Source: Pocillopora damicornis
Taxonomy: Eukaryota
DNA: 64,000 bases
Reading direction: 5' to 3'
NCBI RefSeq assembly: GCF_003704095.1
Contig: NW_020846063.1
Coordinates: 1 to 64,000 of the forward strand
Shown: in pieces, positions 25,971-60,890 of the stretch
Position numbering within the stretch: position 1 is the first letter of the stretch
How the letters are laid out: each line of letters starts with the position of its first letter
Made by a program: the position numbers and the translations under genes
The notes under the pieces: generated by a model
What the model saw: only the letters and a program-made list of their open reading frames with translations
Database searches by the model: none
Told to the model about the DNA's origin: nothing

Positions 25971-26822
25971 TGGTGAAGCGTCAACGGATGTAAATGATGC
26001 AAGATTTCTAAGGAATACACCATAACCAAACGCAAAACGACAGTCCAAATGGAGAGTTGTAATGAACGCAAAATAAGAAATTCTTGACAAATGGCAAATT
26101 TACAGTTTATCATTGTAGCCTGCGAAACATTTCCCTGAATGCGCTAAAGATGTTGGCAGCTCCATCAAGAACATGCTACTTCATCAGTTACAAATAAAAA
26201 CTATTTTTTTAATTTTTCATTTTCTTGCTATCTTTCACTTTTAAGTTACGGCAACTTATTGGCAAAGGAAACACCAGACACGACAACAAAATGTTTCCTC
26301 ATTCCACCACTGGCTCGATACAATGATGTTGGAAAGCAAATTGTTTCGCTCCTTTTTTTCCTGCTCATGTCCAAAGGAAATGTATAAAAATAGACTCGTG
26401 ACCTTTCTCTTTTACAAACGTAACTATGCCCATCCTTACATACAAAACTCAGCAAAACATTGGGAAAATGTCTTTTCCCCACCAAAAAGTTCTTACAGTC
26501 GACAACCCTTAACCTTCAATCCCTTTGGTTATCGGCGAGAACTAAACTGCAAAATTAACGACAACTCTGCTGTTCTACTGGCCGAGAGCTTATTACAACG
26601 ATTTAAATGTGCTTGCGAACATACTTTCAACGGTAACAGCGATGATTTACGTCCATTTAAAGGGAACATTATTTTAAATCGCATCATCAGATCATTCGCT
26701 TCCTCTTCAAGCCGATCGGAGAGGTTTCATATCCGTTTTGTGAACGGCATTTATCTCTAAAGAGCTTAGAGGTGACCCTTAGCGCCCGACTTTGGTTCCG
26801 ATATGGTGGATGCTTCCTGATT

Positions 26823-48475
<21,653 letters not shown>

Positions 48476-48851
48476 ACTAATGAGGAATGTAAGACAATGA
48501 ACCAAATGGAAACCATAAATTGGGAAGCATGGCGCACTCGACAACTAAAGTTACCCTAATCGCGAGTTCAATTGCTTGCTCATTACCTATACGTGACGTC
48601 ATGCAAGTTGCGGAGAATTTACATATTGAGTCTGCGTGTATTGTCATAGGCAAAATAAAAAAACATATATTGACTCTATAGTTATTCATTAGTCAACAAA
48701 AATAGTTTTCTCTCACTCTGCAAGGCATATCAAAATTCGTGCTAAGGTTGTTGAAAAATTACGGATAAAAGCAAACCTTTATGGTAATTTCAGGACCATC
48801 GAGAACAAAAAATTTGAGCCCGCGATATATTATCTCGTGACCGATTGCAAG
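48476..48851. promoter_or_regulatory. Putative bidirectional promoter for BCOR (-) and ATP6AP2 (+)
   Basis: Only 376 bp between the divergent predicted start codons. Perfect CRE palindrome TGACGTCA at 48594-48601 and a YY1-like CAAGATGGCG overlapping the ATP6AP2 ATG. Confidence 0.65.
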
Positions 48852-51800
48852 ATGGCGACGAAGCCAATCGTTCTTCGCTTGTTCCATTTCCTCTTCGTTT
48901 CAGCAGGTAAAACATCGACTCGTAATTCTATTTTTGAACTGAAACAACCATTAGTTGTCTTTCTTCCATATTAGATACTTTCAAAGTTGTAATCGTTTCC
49001 CCTGTGGAGCAAAATATAACATAAAATTCATTCTTAGGCTCATTATAGTTAACTTAAATATTGTTCATAACCATATCTCGAACTTCTTAGTCATCGCGTT
49101 TGATTTTCATTCTCATCGATTGATTCGATAATGCATCTAATAATTGCATTCTAAAACAGCATTTTTTCAAAGACATTACAATTTTCCTCGCTATTTGACC
49201 TAATCATAATGCTATCCTCACTGACTTAGCTGCGATGTACATGTAAATCGTAAGCGAAAAACCTTCCCACTACTTAGATTTCTTTTTTACGTTTGCAGTT
49301 ACAGGCTTATTAAGGAACGGGGAGGATAGCTTCATCATTAGAGAACCAGGCAAGGTACGTCAATTCCGTTGCTTTCTTCTTTCTGGATGGTAATTATCAC
49401 GTTCGAACATGGATCTTTTTGTTAAAACTGTGATCATGTGCACATAAATCTGAGACGAGCGATAACTTCGACCTACTAGTGTTTAAAGTAACGCTTCGAT
49501 CGTGCTCCAGCTAAGGCGATGGTACAAATTCCTTGTTTTTCTTTTTTCTCTTATGAATAGTGCGCCTAGAACGGCGCGAAACATCGACCGTCGTCGTAGC
49601 TAACAATCTGAAGTTTCACATAGCGATCTCGTCATCGGTTTTCTTTATCCTAAGCCATCGAAAATCTTAATCTTGTTCTCTTTTTTTCTCTGCTTGCAAT
49701 GCTTAAGTTTGCGCGTTTCCTTGATGAAGTGGACAGTTTTTAGTGTTATATCAGTTATGGCATATCCTTTTTGACGGACATGAATTCCTTTTCAATACAC
49801 TTATCATGTGAATTGACCATTCCACTCGAAGTGACATGTAAATCCTTTTTACTTTAACCGATTTGTTGTGATGAAGAGTAAATTTAATTTTGTTTATGCG
49901 AATAATGGCACACAACACAAACCAAATTATTAAGAAGTTTGTGTCTTACAATCATGTGTCCAATTTTAAATATATTTCTGGAAGACATGTTGCTGTAATA
50001 GTTAGCAGAATAGAAGTCATATTTGAGTGTCCAGATTCAAGCTCTGGTGAGGGTCATTGTGTTCTATTTTAAATGCAGGCCACTTAACTCTTACCGTGCC
50101 TGTTACCTCACTGGAATGTAAATAGCACCATTGAAAAGACAGTGAGACTTGAAGATAGGCTGGTGTGTGATGAGAGGGAGGAGGGAGGGGGCTACTATGG
50201 AGGGATATTCCATCCTACGTCTCCACAAATATATTTGTCAAATAAAAATGGCCCAAGTACACAATGCTCAAAAAACATACCTTTTCACGTTTCTAGATAA
50301 AGAGATACTTATTGGTCTGTAGACCCAGCTGTATGAAGAGTTTGTTAAAGCCCTTGTAGTGTTGTACTTTGAAATGATAGGTAGACCTTAAAACATTTAT
50401 CTTAACCCTTTAACTCCCAAGATCTCATTAGTAATTCTCCTTACAGTATGCACACAGTTGTTGTGATGTTAGTTTGGAGGATCTGGTATTGGATCAACTT
50501 ATAATCCCTTGATTGATAATTTCTCTTTAATTTGATCGCTTGTCTACTTTATATTGTATTGAGATTGTAAGGAGAAATTCTGTCTTGGTCACTTGTGGGA
50601 TTTAAAGGGTTAAGTGCAGATTGCATACAATTCATAGTGAAACTTGTCATGAGCATATAGAGATAACATTCAGAGTTTACTGTCAGTGTCCATTTCAATT
50701 GGTGGTTCATGTGTAGACAATTTTTGTTGCAGAATAACACGGCTCAACTGAAAAACTTGATACCTAACTATGTATGCATTTCAGCCTCATCAAACATGCC
50801 TTGTGTGAATCATATATGTCTGAGATTCTTTTGTTTTCTTCCTCTGAAAACGCGACACTTCCTAATTCCATTTTGGTCCAGGGTCAGTTAACATATTGCT
50901 TTGATAAGAAGGAGCAAAGTCTAATGTGTCACAATAGTAATTTGGAAGGATGTATGTGTATGTTTGACTTTAGAGGGTGAATAATCATTCTACTTGCCTG
51001 ATGGGTAAGGCTTTTCCTAAGTGTGTTTACTTGTCAGCATGGCTCTACTCTTTTCATTTCATTGTATGAAAGAACAGTGTATGTGAACAGTCCAAAGGAA
51101 CTTAAAACCCTTCCTTTTATATTCACCCTTCAATCTCATTTTACTTCCAAAAATGTCTATCGGTCAAGAGTTCAAGTAATTACATTAAAATGTGAAAGAA
51201 TGTGACCCTATGTAAATTAAAGGCAAGTGGTCCATCACCAAAGCCCTTATCAGATTCCTGAAAGGGAAATGACTAACAGTCTTAAAACTGATGAATTCCA
51301 ATCAGGTCAAGACTTCTCTCACTTCTAGAAAATCAGACCACACAACTACAACTCCTAGGTGCAAGCCATTTACTGAAATGGCTTGGATTATTGGTTATAT
51401 TCTGAGTTAGATGCCAGAGTGCTTGCCTGCAGTTTTTTTTTAGTTTACATGAAGATGCTCGGGTGTTGTGATGGCATATACATGAACAGACAACTTGGGA
51501 GAGGAACTGTGAGGTTCAAACTATTTCTTGTAAGAGGGTAATTTAGTGTTTTCAACTGAGTTGATAACGTAAATTAGCCACCGTAAAGAGGTTAAAGGCT
51601 GATGATTTGAGTGTTAGCCCTTTTTCAGAGTGATTAACAAAGGGCTAATGCTCGAAAATATCAGCCTTTAGACTTTAAATAGTGGCCAATGTATGTTATC
51701 AACACAGTTGACAACACTTAATTACCCTGTTATATTCTCCCACTGACACAGCACCACAGTTTTTTTAGAAACTTACCAGTACCCCATTCCTAGTAAGGGT

Positions 51801-54800
51801 CTCACTAAAGATCATGATGAGGGAGTTAACAGGAATTTCTTGTTAAAGAGGGTTCAAGTTTTCAAGAATCAACGGTAGATTTCCTTTCAATCTTTCTAGG
51901 AACTGGAAGGTATAATTTTTGCCACATAATACATTAAGATCAGTAATGAACATCTTTTCTGATGACTGGATAAACATGATATAGTTTTTTTAAAACTGTA
52001 CACAAGACAATTCACTCTTACTACTCATCACTGTTTCTCTGGACTGAGGCAACTAGGACTACAGTACTCAAACTGTATCAGATGCTAGTCCATCACAGGT
52101 TTTTCTTCCATAATATCCAGCTTCCCCCCCCCCTTTTTTTTTTTTACTTTCTTTTTTCTTGGGGTAGAGAGAGACAAGTTTTTCCCACTTACACAAAACC
52201 TTGTCATTTTATAGAGTAACAATTTCTGTGTTGTGCTGAACACATCATGTTACTTTCACGTGACTTCACGATTTTCAGTTTGGTGATGAGTGTGTAATTT
52301 ATGAAGAGTATTTTACACACATGATATTGTTGTAAGGTGACTTTGCACAGTTAGAAGCTTGTTTGTTGATTTTCACATTAATCCATCTTTTAAAACTACT
52401 GTTTCCTCATGTGGGGCTTTTCTTGCTCCAAACATGAAGAAGTATTCGGACAGGAAAAGCTTTCTTTTTTAAGAGCGAAGTTTATACAGCAGCTCAACGG
52501 TCTAATTTTTTGCACTCTATGAATCATTAGACTTTTTTAAGCGCGAACTGCATATAATTTTAATACGAACAAAGAACACTCCATCTAGGGAATAACCATA
52601 GTAAGCGTGCTAATTTATCATGCAAAGGCATGTTACAACGAGTACATTAGAAGTTTTCATTTAAAACAGTAAAAACGAGTAAACGAAATGCTAGGTTGAA
52701 TTGATATTTGACTGTTTCATAGTGAGACGTTGATGTCCAAAGTTTCAACAAAATTGAAATCTCTTCTGTCGTTTTTGTATATTTCTTTTTAATGATTTTT
52801 CTCAACGTATACCCCATTCACACCCAAGCTAAATCGCGTTTTGAAGCTGTTTGTCAAACACGGTTTGAAATTTTTTTCTTCACTTTAGTCGCTTAAACTC
52901 CCTTTTGTCGTCTTCAACTTTAGCTGAATGAAAATTTAAAGTTAGTAATTATTGGGACCCTGTGTAAAATTTAGTCCTTACTTTTCTATTGCTAATTTTT
53001 ATTCAGTCCAACCCGGTTAAAACAAATTTTTTTTGCTTTGTGAATGGGGTATTTAGTTAAGGATTTACCCGGCGTCTGTTTTCCTTGTTAAACAAAATGA
53101 TATTACACGAAACAGGCCATGTTACCGTGACTGAGGCAAATTAGAAAACGTTTCAACTATGTTGCCTCGTTGCAGACATTTGGAAAGAAAATTCAGGTAT
53201 TGCATGTCGCTCTTTTGGGTAATGTTATGGCTGGGAAAATTCAAATCTTTGATGCATTTTATATACTAAAAGATCTCAGAATATTTTTTATATTTAGAGG
53301 AACCTTTTTAGGAAAGAATGTTATAGTAATAATCAATTATATTTTAATGTCAAAAGGAGATTTTTTAGAAGTGTTGGAAGATTTAGTTAATGATAATTCG
53401 TCTAATTAGGAACACTATTGTTGATAAAACTTCACAGAATTTCCGGTTTTGATACTGATTCTTTGTGACCGTAATATTACGAGAGAAGAGACTTGCAACG
53501 TGAGTAAAGATTCACTTTGCAAGGTGACAGCTACTGACTGATATTTCAAATACCTGATAGTGGCCCTCTTATAGTTTGTCGAATCGTTAGTAATTATTAT
53601 GAATAGTTTTTTTTCAGGGATTCCGTCACCCGCACGATGAAACTTCGCGATGAATTGTTACTTCTGAGTTCAAAACATTTACTGTTTTTTGATTAATTTA
53701 CCTTCGAAATGAGCCTTGAAGCGTTTTATTTACCCCTTAATGTAAATGAGTTAGAAGTGACCTCTCCTCAGAATTCCAACGCATAATCCAGAAGTCTTAC
53801 CGACAAGGACAGCCCAGCAACCTGCCTCTACTATTCACTTGTATGTTTTTTAATGTATTGAACAATCCTTTTTCCCCCCTAGAATTCAGATGTATCCAAG
53901 TTTATCATTGCCCACACCCCAAACTATGTGACATTCCTACCAAACGCTGGAGCAATTCCCTCGAATGAAATTTCCGATGTTATGGCACTCGCCATGGGAT
54001 TTTCTTCTACTAAGGTAAGCTAGTTTGTTCTGCCTTAACAGAGACTAAGGTTCAAGTACACGACAGGCTGTTCATGACTGGTGTAGATGTTGAAATGTGT
54101 AGTGTACACTAACACTGCTCGTTAATATCCCTCAATGGCTCCTCCTGCCCTCATGCCTTTGCTACGAAGACAACAATGAAAAATGGTCATCTCAGAGATG
54201 ATAGTGAGGTTTGAATTCCAGTGAGTGATGGGAATTGAAGATAAATTTAACTTCCTAAATTTTCGTTCTTCTCCTCTTTCTCCAACGATGAATTAAATGT
54301 AAATCGAGTCGATCTTTTGGCCCTTGACTCGAATGTTAGACATTTTCCCCAAACTTGAAATCAAGACTCTTCTTCATCCTAAATTGTGTATTGATAGCGT
54401 TGGGGTCATTAATGTCCATAGGAATTGAGCTGGGGTGGTTTGCTAGCAGGAGATGTGTTCCGACGACCCAAAGCTAATGTGCTGATTACGGTTGATGGCG
54501 TTACAAAAGGTACAGTAATTTACGAGGCTATTTTAATGTAGTTTTTCTGCTTCTGTGACAATTATGTAAGTTCGTCGTAAAGGAAGACGTCAACTTTTTA
54601 CAACGAACTTACAAATACTTTTCCTACACACAGGTTATTGATGTGAATCTTTTCTCCTTTTTAATTGAATATTGTCGTTAATCTTGACGCTGTTTAGTTT
54701 GGTTAATCTTTTTGTTAGCTTTTTAAGTAAAATATTTTTCTTTTGTTGTTTCTTAATGTGCGTGTTAGATGACAATTTTGACCTACCAGGAAGGGCTGCG

Positions 54801-57800
54801 TCATATCCCGTAGCAGAGGTATGTGAATGCAGTAGACTTTCCAAAAATAAATAATTATGTGGAATTAGAATTTGACCATCTTGCTTGTGGTCTCAATCTA
54901 TGGACCTCTCGTAATGCGCTGGCCTTCCACGTTGGGTAAATTTTGGGCCCACGCCCCTGAGGCCATCCACTACCTTGTGCTCTAAGGGAATAGATTGAGG
55001 CTACAAAGCTTCCAGGTTCGTTTGTCCGATTTCAACCTGGATGGAAAATTTCCTATGTGGACACTCTGGCCTGGTTTTTGTGTCGAAACTTGAGGGTCAC
55101 TCCATGTTCACCATGTTAAACCGAGCAGAAATTTCTCATGTGCACCGAGGTGGCCCTGTAGTCGGGCGGATGTGGAAAAGCTAACGATCATTGTTAACAG
55201 TTTCTTCCATAATTATGCTACAACTACTAAAGCTGTAGAAGGGAGATTTAGAGCGACGAGAAATTAACCTTCGCTGTCACCTTGTTGAGGAGAGACTAAA
55301 AGAAAAGTGAACAATTTTTTTCATTTCTTAGTTTGAGGGTGTTGTGAGTTTGGCTGGAATTCTGTCCACGTCAAGAGCCACACACGAAAATCTTCCGACG
55401 CGCGTGGCCAATGTGTTCGGTGGCAAGTCACTTACAGTTTCCATGTCTGGAAGTGAAGTGGTAAGTGACGCCTTGTGTTGTATGTCCGTTCCTATGCTAT
55501 CAGGTGCTACAGGCCATGGGGTGTANNNNNNNNNNNNNNNNNNNNNNNNNNNNNNNNNNNNNNNNNNNNNNNNNNNNNNNNNNNNNNNNNNNNNNNNNNN
55601 NNNNNNNNNNNNNNNNNNNNNNNNNACTTAATTGATAAAACCAAACCATATAGTTTGAGGAAGATTGGGTACAAAGGTTAGCGCGGGTATGGCTTTACCG
55701 CGCTTATACATATTTATTATAGTAATACAATTTGCTGTGTTTCCATGTTCAGTTGGCGGCTGCTGGTCATACAATAGGCACAAATAGTTACACTTCGTTT
55801 TGGAATCAGGCCGAGAACAAGTTTGAACAGGCCGAAGAAAACACCGTGCAAGGTCTGGGAGACTTGATAGTCACCAAAGACGAGGTAGGATTCGAGTGAA
55901 GCAATTAACGGATCAACAGCTATCCTCGTACAGAAAAATCGTTTTGGGTGTTAGCACAGCTTGTTAAATGTGGCTTAAACCCCTTTACACCCTAACATCA
56001 GTTTGGATAGTCTACATACTATCCTCTGTTTATTTCCTTAGATGCTGACAGGGAAAATTTGTTTAACAATGAAGAGCTTCTTTAGTTGATGATCATGTCC
56101 TTTATTCTCATGACCTTAATGTTTGATTCAGAGAAGATGGTGTAAGGAGAAATAGGATACTAATCACATATTGATGAGGTGGAATTTGGGATAAAGGCTC
56201 TTTATTCGTAAAATTGCCATCTAAAAGATACCATGTCTCGCCATGATTTACTGTAGTCAAACTCAGAACAACTAGGTTAGCAGACCGAGTGGCCGGTATT
56301 TCCGTAAAACATATTGGCGTGAACAGTTGGTTAGACTTTATTGAATTAAACGGACTCGTTTACCTTTAAGATAATAAAAAGACTGGAGAAGGCTGACTTT
56401 GGTAAAGGTAGGTTTCTTTCTTTTTTTATTAAGCAGTCCTCTATGAAGCTGGGTCGGATAAAAACATATAAGGAGATGTACACTTAGAAAAAAATATACA
56501 CTTGTAATTACTTGTCTTGTTTGGTCGTCAGGTGTAAAGTTTGCTCCAAGCACCAAGGAATTTACTGTGTCAGTGCCTTTGAAAGGAAATGCTGTCTTCA
56601 ACATGGAAAAGAAGGTTTTTCATCTTTGCTAACCAAGTCTCCTTTTTAAACATTGTAACAAATATGTTTTTAGTTTCATGCAAGAGATGACACTTTTTGG
56701 TTTAGTAAGCATATAATATGATCTAAACATATTCACAAAAAAGCAAACAAACATGCATTTGTCATCTCCAGTTGTATGAACTCACTTCCGTGTCAAAGAG
56801 TGCCACTGAATTTTCGCGTAATTTTCTCTTCAGGAAGATTTTCTACTCTTCGCTGAGGTCGATGCCATCCTTCAAATAATAGAGAAGGTGAGAGATTTAT
56901 CCTCAGAAGAGATCCCTTTTGCGATGGCGGGCAAACTGTTTTACCTCTGCGTACATGCTAATAGGTTTACTTGGCCTCGTTTTTGAGGTGAAAATCGCAT
57001 TCATGTAATGTTGAAGGCAAAACAAGAATTCCCAATTTATATGAATAAAAAAAACAACAACAATTAGCACGCGATTATAAAAGAAGATTTTTGTATTTTC
57101 AAGAAACTCACAATTTCAGAACATCTTTATAATTCCTTGTTTTGTTTTGCAGCTGAGCTCTGATCCTAGCCTTGTGCAAGATGGCGTTCCAGATGTGTTC
57201 ACTTTGGGTCTCTCTTCTGTTAAGGTAAGGTTTTGCTTAAGCTCTCTCACACGAAACTAGAGGGTTGCAGTGTAATTTTAGTTTTTTAATCTGTTCGTTT
57301 GTTTGACTGATATTTTTTGTGCTCTTTTTTTCCTTTTTATTTCAATGTGTTTGTTTTATACACATGGCTCTATTTTTTACTTCTATTGTTTTGTGATTCA
57401 CAAATTTTGCATATTACTTTGCAGTTAAATGCAACCTATAACTTTCTGGATTCGAATGAGTTAAATATTGTTGTTGTGTTCCAAATTTGAGCTTTTCATT
57501 TACTCGCAATGTTTTCCTCCTTATATGCACTAAATGGTTTCTACTCATGCCTCGTTTACAGGGACTTCGCCGTCGCTATGGTGACCAATCCTTACAGGCA
57601 GAAGGAGCTATTCAATTTTTGAAGGACTTGATTCCCCAGGTAGAGATCATCAAATGGTTGCCTTGTTTCACCAAGCACCTTAACCGCACCTTAACCGTAC
57701 AATTTTAAACCATTTCATTCCACTATTCTATCGTTACAGATTGTGAAGAAGTTCTCTGATTTATACAACGGAAACGTTCTGGTGGAAGTTTTGTCGTTGC

Positions 57801-59878
57801 AGTGGCTTGGGTAAGTTGATAGCATTTTCTTTGTTATATTTAAAGAAAATTCTGTATACTGTGGAAGCAAATGATTAATCGTGGGAAGTGCTGTTACTAA
57901 CCTGTCTTTTAATTTCCCCCTCCCACTCCCAACAGTGATCTTCACACCAGATACCCACGAGAGGTGCACGCCGTCTATCAAGAAGTTGAACCTCACCTGT
58001 TATCACAGTCAAGGGACCTTTTCCATGACCAGCTTCCCTCTGTTACGCTCAGGCATGATCTGGTGAGTAGTTGCTGTTGTTTGAGTGGAATCAGTTATGT
58101 TTGTGTACTTTGTTTTTGTGCGAGTGAATTTTTAAGGTTTTATTGCTTGGTAACAGCAACATTCAAGAATGGCGCGAAAATTGAGAGTCTTTGCTTGATT
58201 TAATTTTCTGACTCCCTCACCCTTCCTTCCTTTTCATTCATTTCCCTCTCATCGCGTTTTTTTGCGTCACATCACTGTTCGCCGCTCCCTCACCCTACCT
58301 AATCCCAACTCTTTTTCTCCTCCCTACTCAACCCTCGTCTTCATTCCTCTCCTCTCTCCATTCCTACCCCTCCCCATCTTCTCCTCTTATTCTTTGAACC
58401 CTAGACCTGGTACTTCTCTCCTTCATTGATCTCATTCACTTCCCCCTTCCTTTACCACTCCTACAGACCTTCCCCTATCTTCCTCCACGTTTATCTTCCT
58501 TCCTCCGTTCGCATCTCTTCACACCCTACACCTACACCTCCCATTCCCCTCGCTCCTCTCACTACCCCATGTCCTTCCTCCTCCTACAGACCTTCCCCTA
58601 TCTTCCTTCACTCTTTTTCCTTTCCCCCTCCATCGTTCTCCTTCCTACCCCTCTCTTCGTATTCTCCGTTCCCGTCCCTCCATACCTTGCACCCCTCCCA
58701 TTTCCCTCCTCTTTTTTCACTACCTCATGTCCTTCCTCCTTCTACAGACCATCCCCTCTCTAGTCTCCTTTCCCTTCTTACCCCTCCCTTGTCATGCCCC
58801 TCAGGTCACCAATGCCTTATTTTCTTAGTGCCTTCCCCTTCTGCTCCTGTTCTACCAGAATACAATTGTGTTACTATTACTGTTAAACTGACCAGATTTT
58901 CAATAAAGTTGTTATTTGGATTTGTTATTGAACAGGAGGAACAAGCGAAACAGTCGTTGTGTGAGTCATTGCATAATAAACTTCTTTCGGTACAGTCTGC
59001 ACTCAAGGTATGTGTTTGGTTGAGTACTTTTTTTTAGTTATCAATTTCCTTCAAGTCCCAACAACAACAACAACAACCTGGCAGATCGCGCATATACTTA
59101 TCAGAGAATTATCAGTGTGGAGAAACGTGATTGATAAATTCACAAACTTACTATTCCATAGTATATGATGAAAAATGTTTCAACGCGTTTTCAAAATTAA
59201 ATTAATTAAAACTGTCTTCTTTGGATTGAATTTATACAGCGCATGCGCAGGGCACTCCATGGTTTCTTGTGTCGTTCCCAATTGTTCCTATGTACTCCCT
59301 AATCCGTCTTTTTCTGTTTCTTTCAAGTTATTTTCTTGAAATTTTTTTACAACGGCGTTTGACGGTGCTGAAACTGTCCATTAAACTTCGTCACCCATGT
59401 TTTTTTCAGGTATATTGTAATAGAAAGCCCAGAATCCGGCGTGCAGTGGACAGTGATCCACAATACCAGGTACAAATGTATTTCAGGTTAATCAAATAGA
59501 TTTCTTCGGCGTGGGATTGATCAAACCTTAGTTTGCAAATGACAAATGATGTCTTTAACTCCAAAGGAAAACTTAGATGAAGTTTAAAAGTTGACTTATG
59601 CACTGGCATCTACCACTTAAAAAATAGTCTATTTATCGATATGTTACTCACTAGTTATTGTTATCGTCTAATAGGCTGGTTCCGACACTGATTTGGGCAA
59701 AGTAAACTTGGCCACCGAATACTCCGAGGACTATCCCATAATATTCAACATCTCGTTGTGGCTGCTTGTAGTTCTAGTCATCTCCTTATATGTAATATGC
59801 CTAGTGATGTGGTACATGGATCCGGGACGTGATAGTATTATTTATCGCATGACCAGTCAGAGAATTAAGATGGAGTGA
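48852..59878 (+). CDS. ATP6AP2: V-ATPase accessory protein 2 / (pro)renin receptor homolog, 17 exons, ~499 aa
   Basis: Exons 48852-48906, 49299-49354, 53883-54014 (DVMALAMGFS), 54422-54509 (LSWGGL..GDVFRRPKANV), 54769-54818, 55332-55460, 55753-55884, 56371-56407, 56532-56614, 56834-56887, 57153-57224, 57562-57639, 57740-57810 (LYNGNVLVEV), 57936-58062, 58936-59007, 59410-59469 (RIRR furin site), 59675-59878 (NLATEYSEDYPIIFNISLW..TM..MDPGRDSIIYRMTSQRIKME*). All are GT-AG and in frame. Confidence 0.93.
50402..50613. mobile_element. ~210-bp TTAA-flanked MITE
   Basis: ttaaccctttaactcccaagatctc ... gggatttaaagggttaa. Confidence 0.85.
51535..51778. mobile_element. Palindromic repeat (~90-bp arms) resembling an inverted Penelope-like pseudo-LTR
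   Basis: agggtaatttagtgttttcaactgagttgataacgtaaattagccac...gttagcccttt pairs with aaagggctaatgc...gtggccaatgtatgttatcaacacagttgacaacacttaattaccct. Related fragments at ~10860-10970, ~180-220 and ~35185-35250. Confidence 0.6.
55526..55625. other. Assembly gap (100 N)
   Basis: Run of N inside an ATP6AP2 intron. Confidence 1.
55975..56168. mobile_element. TTAA-MITE copy with right end missing
   Basis: ttaaacccctttacaccctaacatcag...taaggagaaataggatactaatcac; same family as 12622 and 25759. Confidence 0.7.
58211..58856. repeat. ~650-bp polypyrimidine (C/T) low-complexity tract with internal direct repeats
   Basis: Few purines on the + strand; cctacagaccttcccctatcttcc recurs at ~58460 and ~58584, with a variant at ~58742. 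Confidence 0.8.
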
Positions 59879-60890
59879 CTCGGTGCTCAAAGTGGAGAAA
59901 CTCTTGGCAACAACAGAATTAAAACTGATTGACACACATTTTGAGGTTAAACAAACTGAGTAGTTGAGTATCTTATGCAGCAGTGATGGAGATGTCAAGT
60001 ATTTTCTTCTTCTACCGAATGGTAATTGTTTCCAAAGTACGATCATTGCGATGATTTTTGTTTCAAGGTTCAGGTTGATTCATTGGGAGACGAGATTACA
60101 TTTTTTTGTTTGTTTGTTTGCAGTTACTCTGGTTTTTATTTTGATAATATTTTAGAGGTGATGAAATTAAATGTCTTTCAATTATCTTGTTTGGTTAAGT
60201 TAATTATCCTTAAATTAGTGGGTTATGCTCACGTGTGAATACTCATTTACTCAAAGATGATGCATCACATATCAAACAAAGTAAATTTTTGATGCTTCTA
60301 ATATTTTCGCACCTGTAACGCATATTCGTTCTCCTCTTTGTCACAGTTGACTGATTGACGCTAACTAGTTTTTTAAAAAAAGGTTATATATTTTTTAAAA
60401 TTTTTTCGAAGCAATATACCTAAGTTCCGATGATTGTTTTCTCAATCCAGGCCCTCCCCGCAACGAACTCTGATAAAGGGCTCAAAGACAATAACAGAGA
60501 AAATAGCGAAGATAAACATCACAGACAGGTGATAGGAGTCGTTACCTTGACGCGATCGGTATTCGAAATTTCTTCCACTGAATATACTGCCACTGTGAAA
60601 ACTTTGAGGTTTAACTGTCTGAACACTTAAAGGATTATATCTCATGAGATTACTTCAAAAAAAAGAAAGACTTTATCAAGGAAGTGGAATTGTGTCGAGG
60701 CCTTTTTCTCCAGTCAGCAAAGTTCTCGATTGTTCTTTCAAACCCTCCTGTCATCAATTCATCACGTGGCAGAAAACTGAAAACCCGGCCCACATATGTT
60801 TTGAAAAGACAGCGGTGAGGCCGTGAGTCAGTATTGTAGTCGGCGATTCCATCGTCATTAGAAGTCCCCTTTCACAAGCACTACGGTAAG

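Noticed and set aside
26323-26760. 145-aa plus-strand ORF
   Set aside because: No recognisable motif; antisense to the probable BCOR 3' UTR.
58426-59037. 203-aa Pro/Ser-rich ORF
   Set aside because: Artefact of the C/T tract, which lacks stop codons; only 58936-59007 is a real ATP6AP2 exon.
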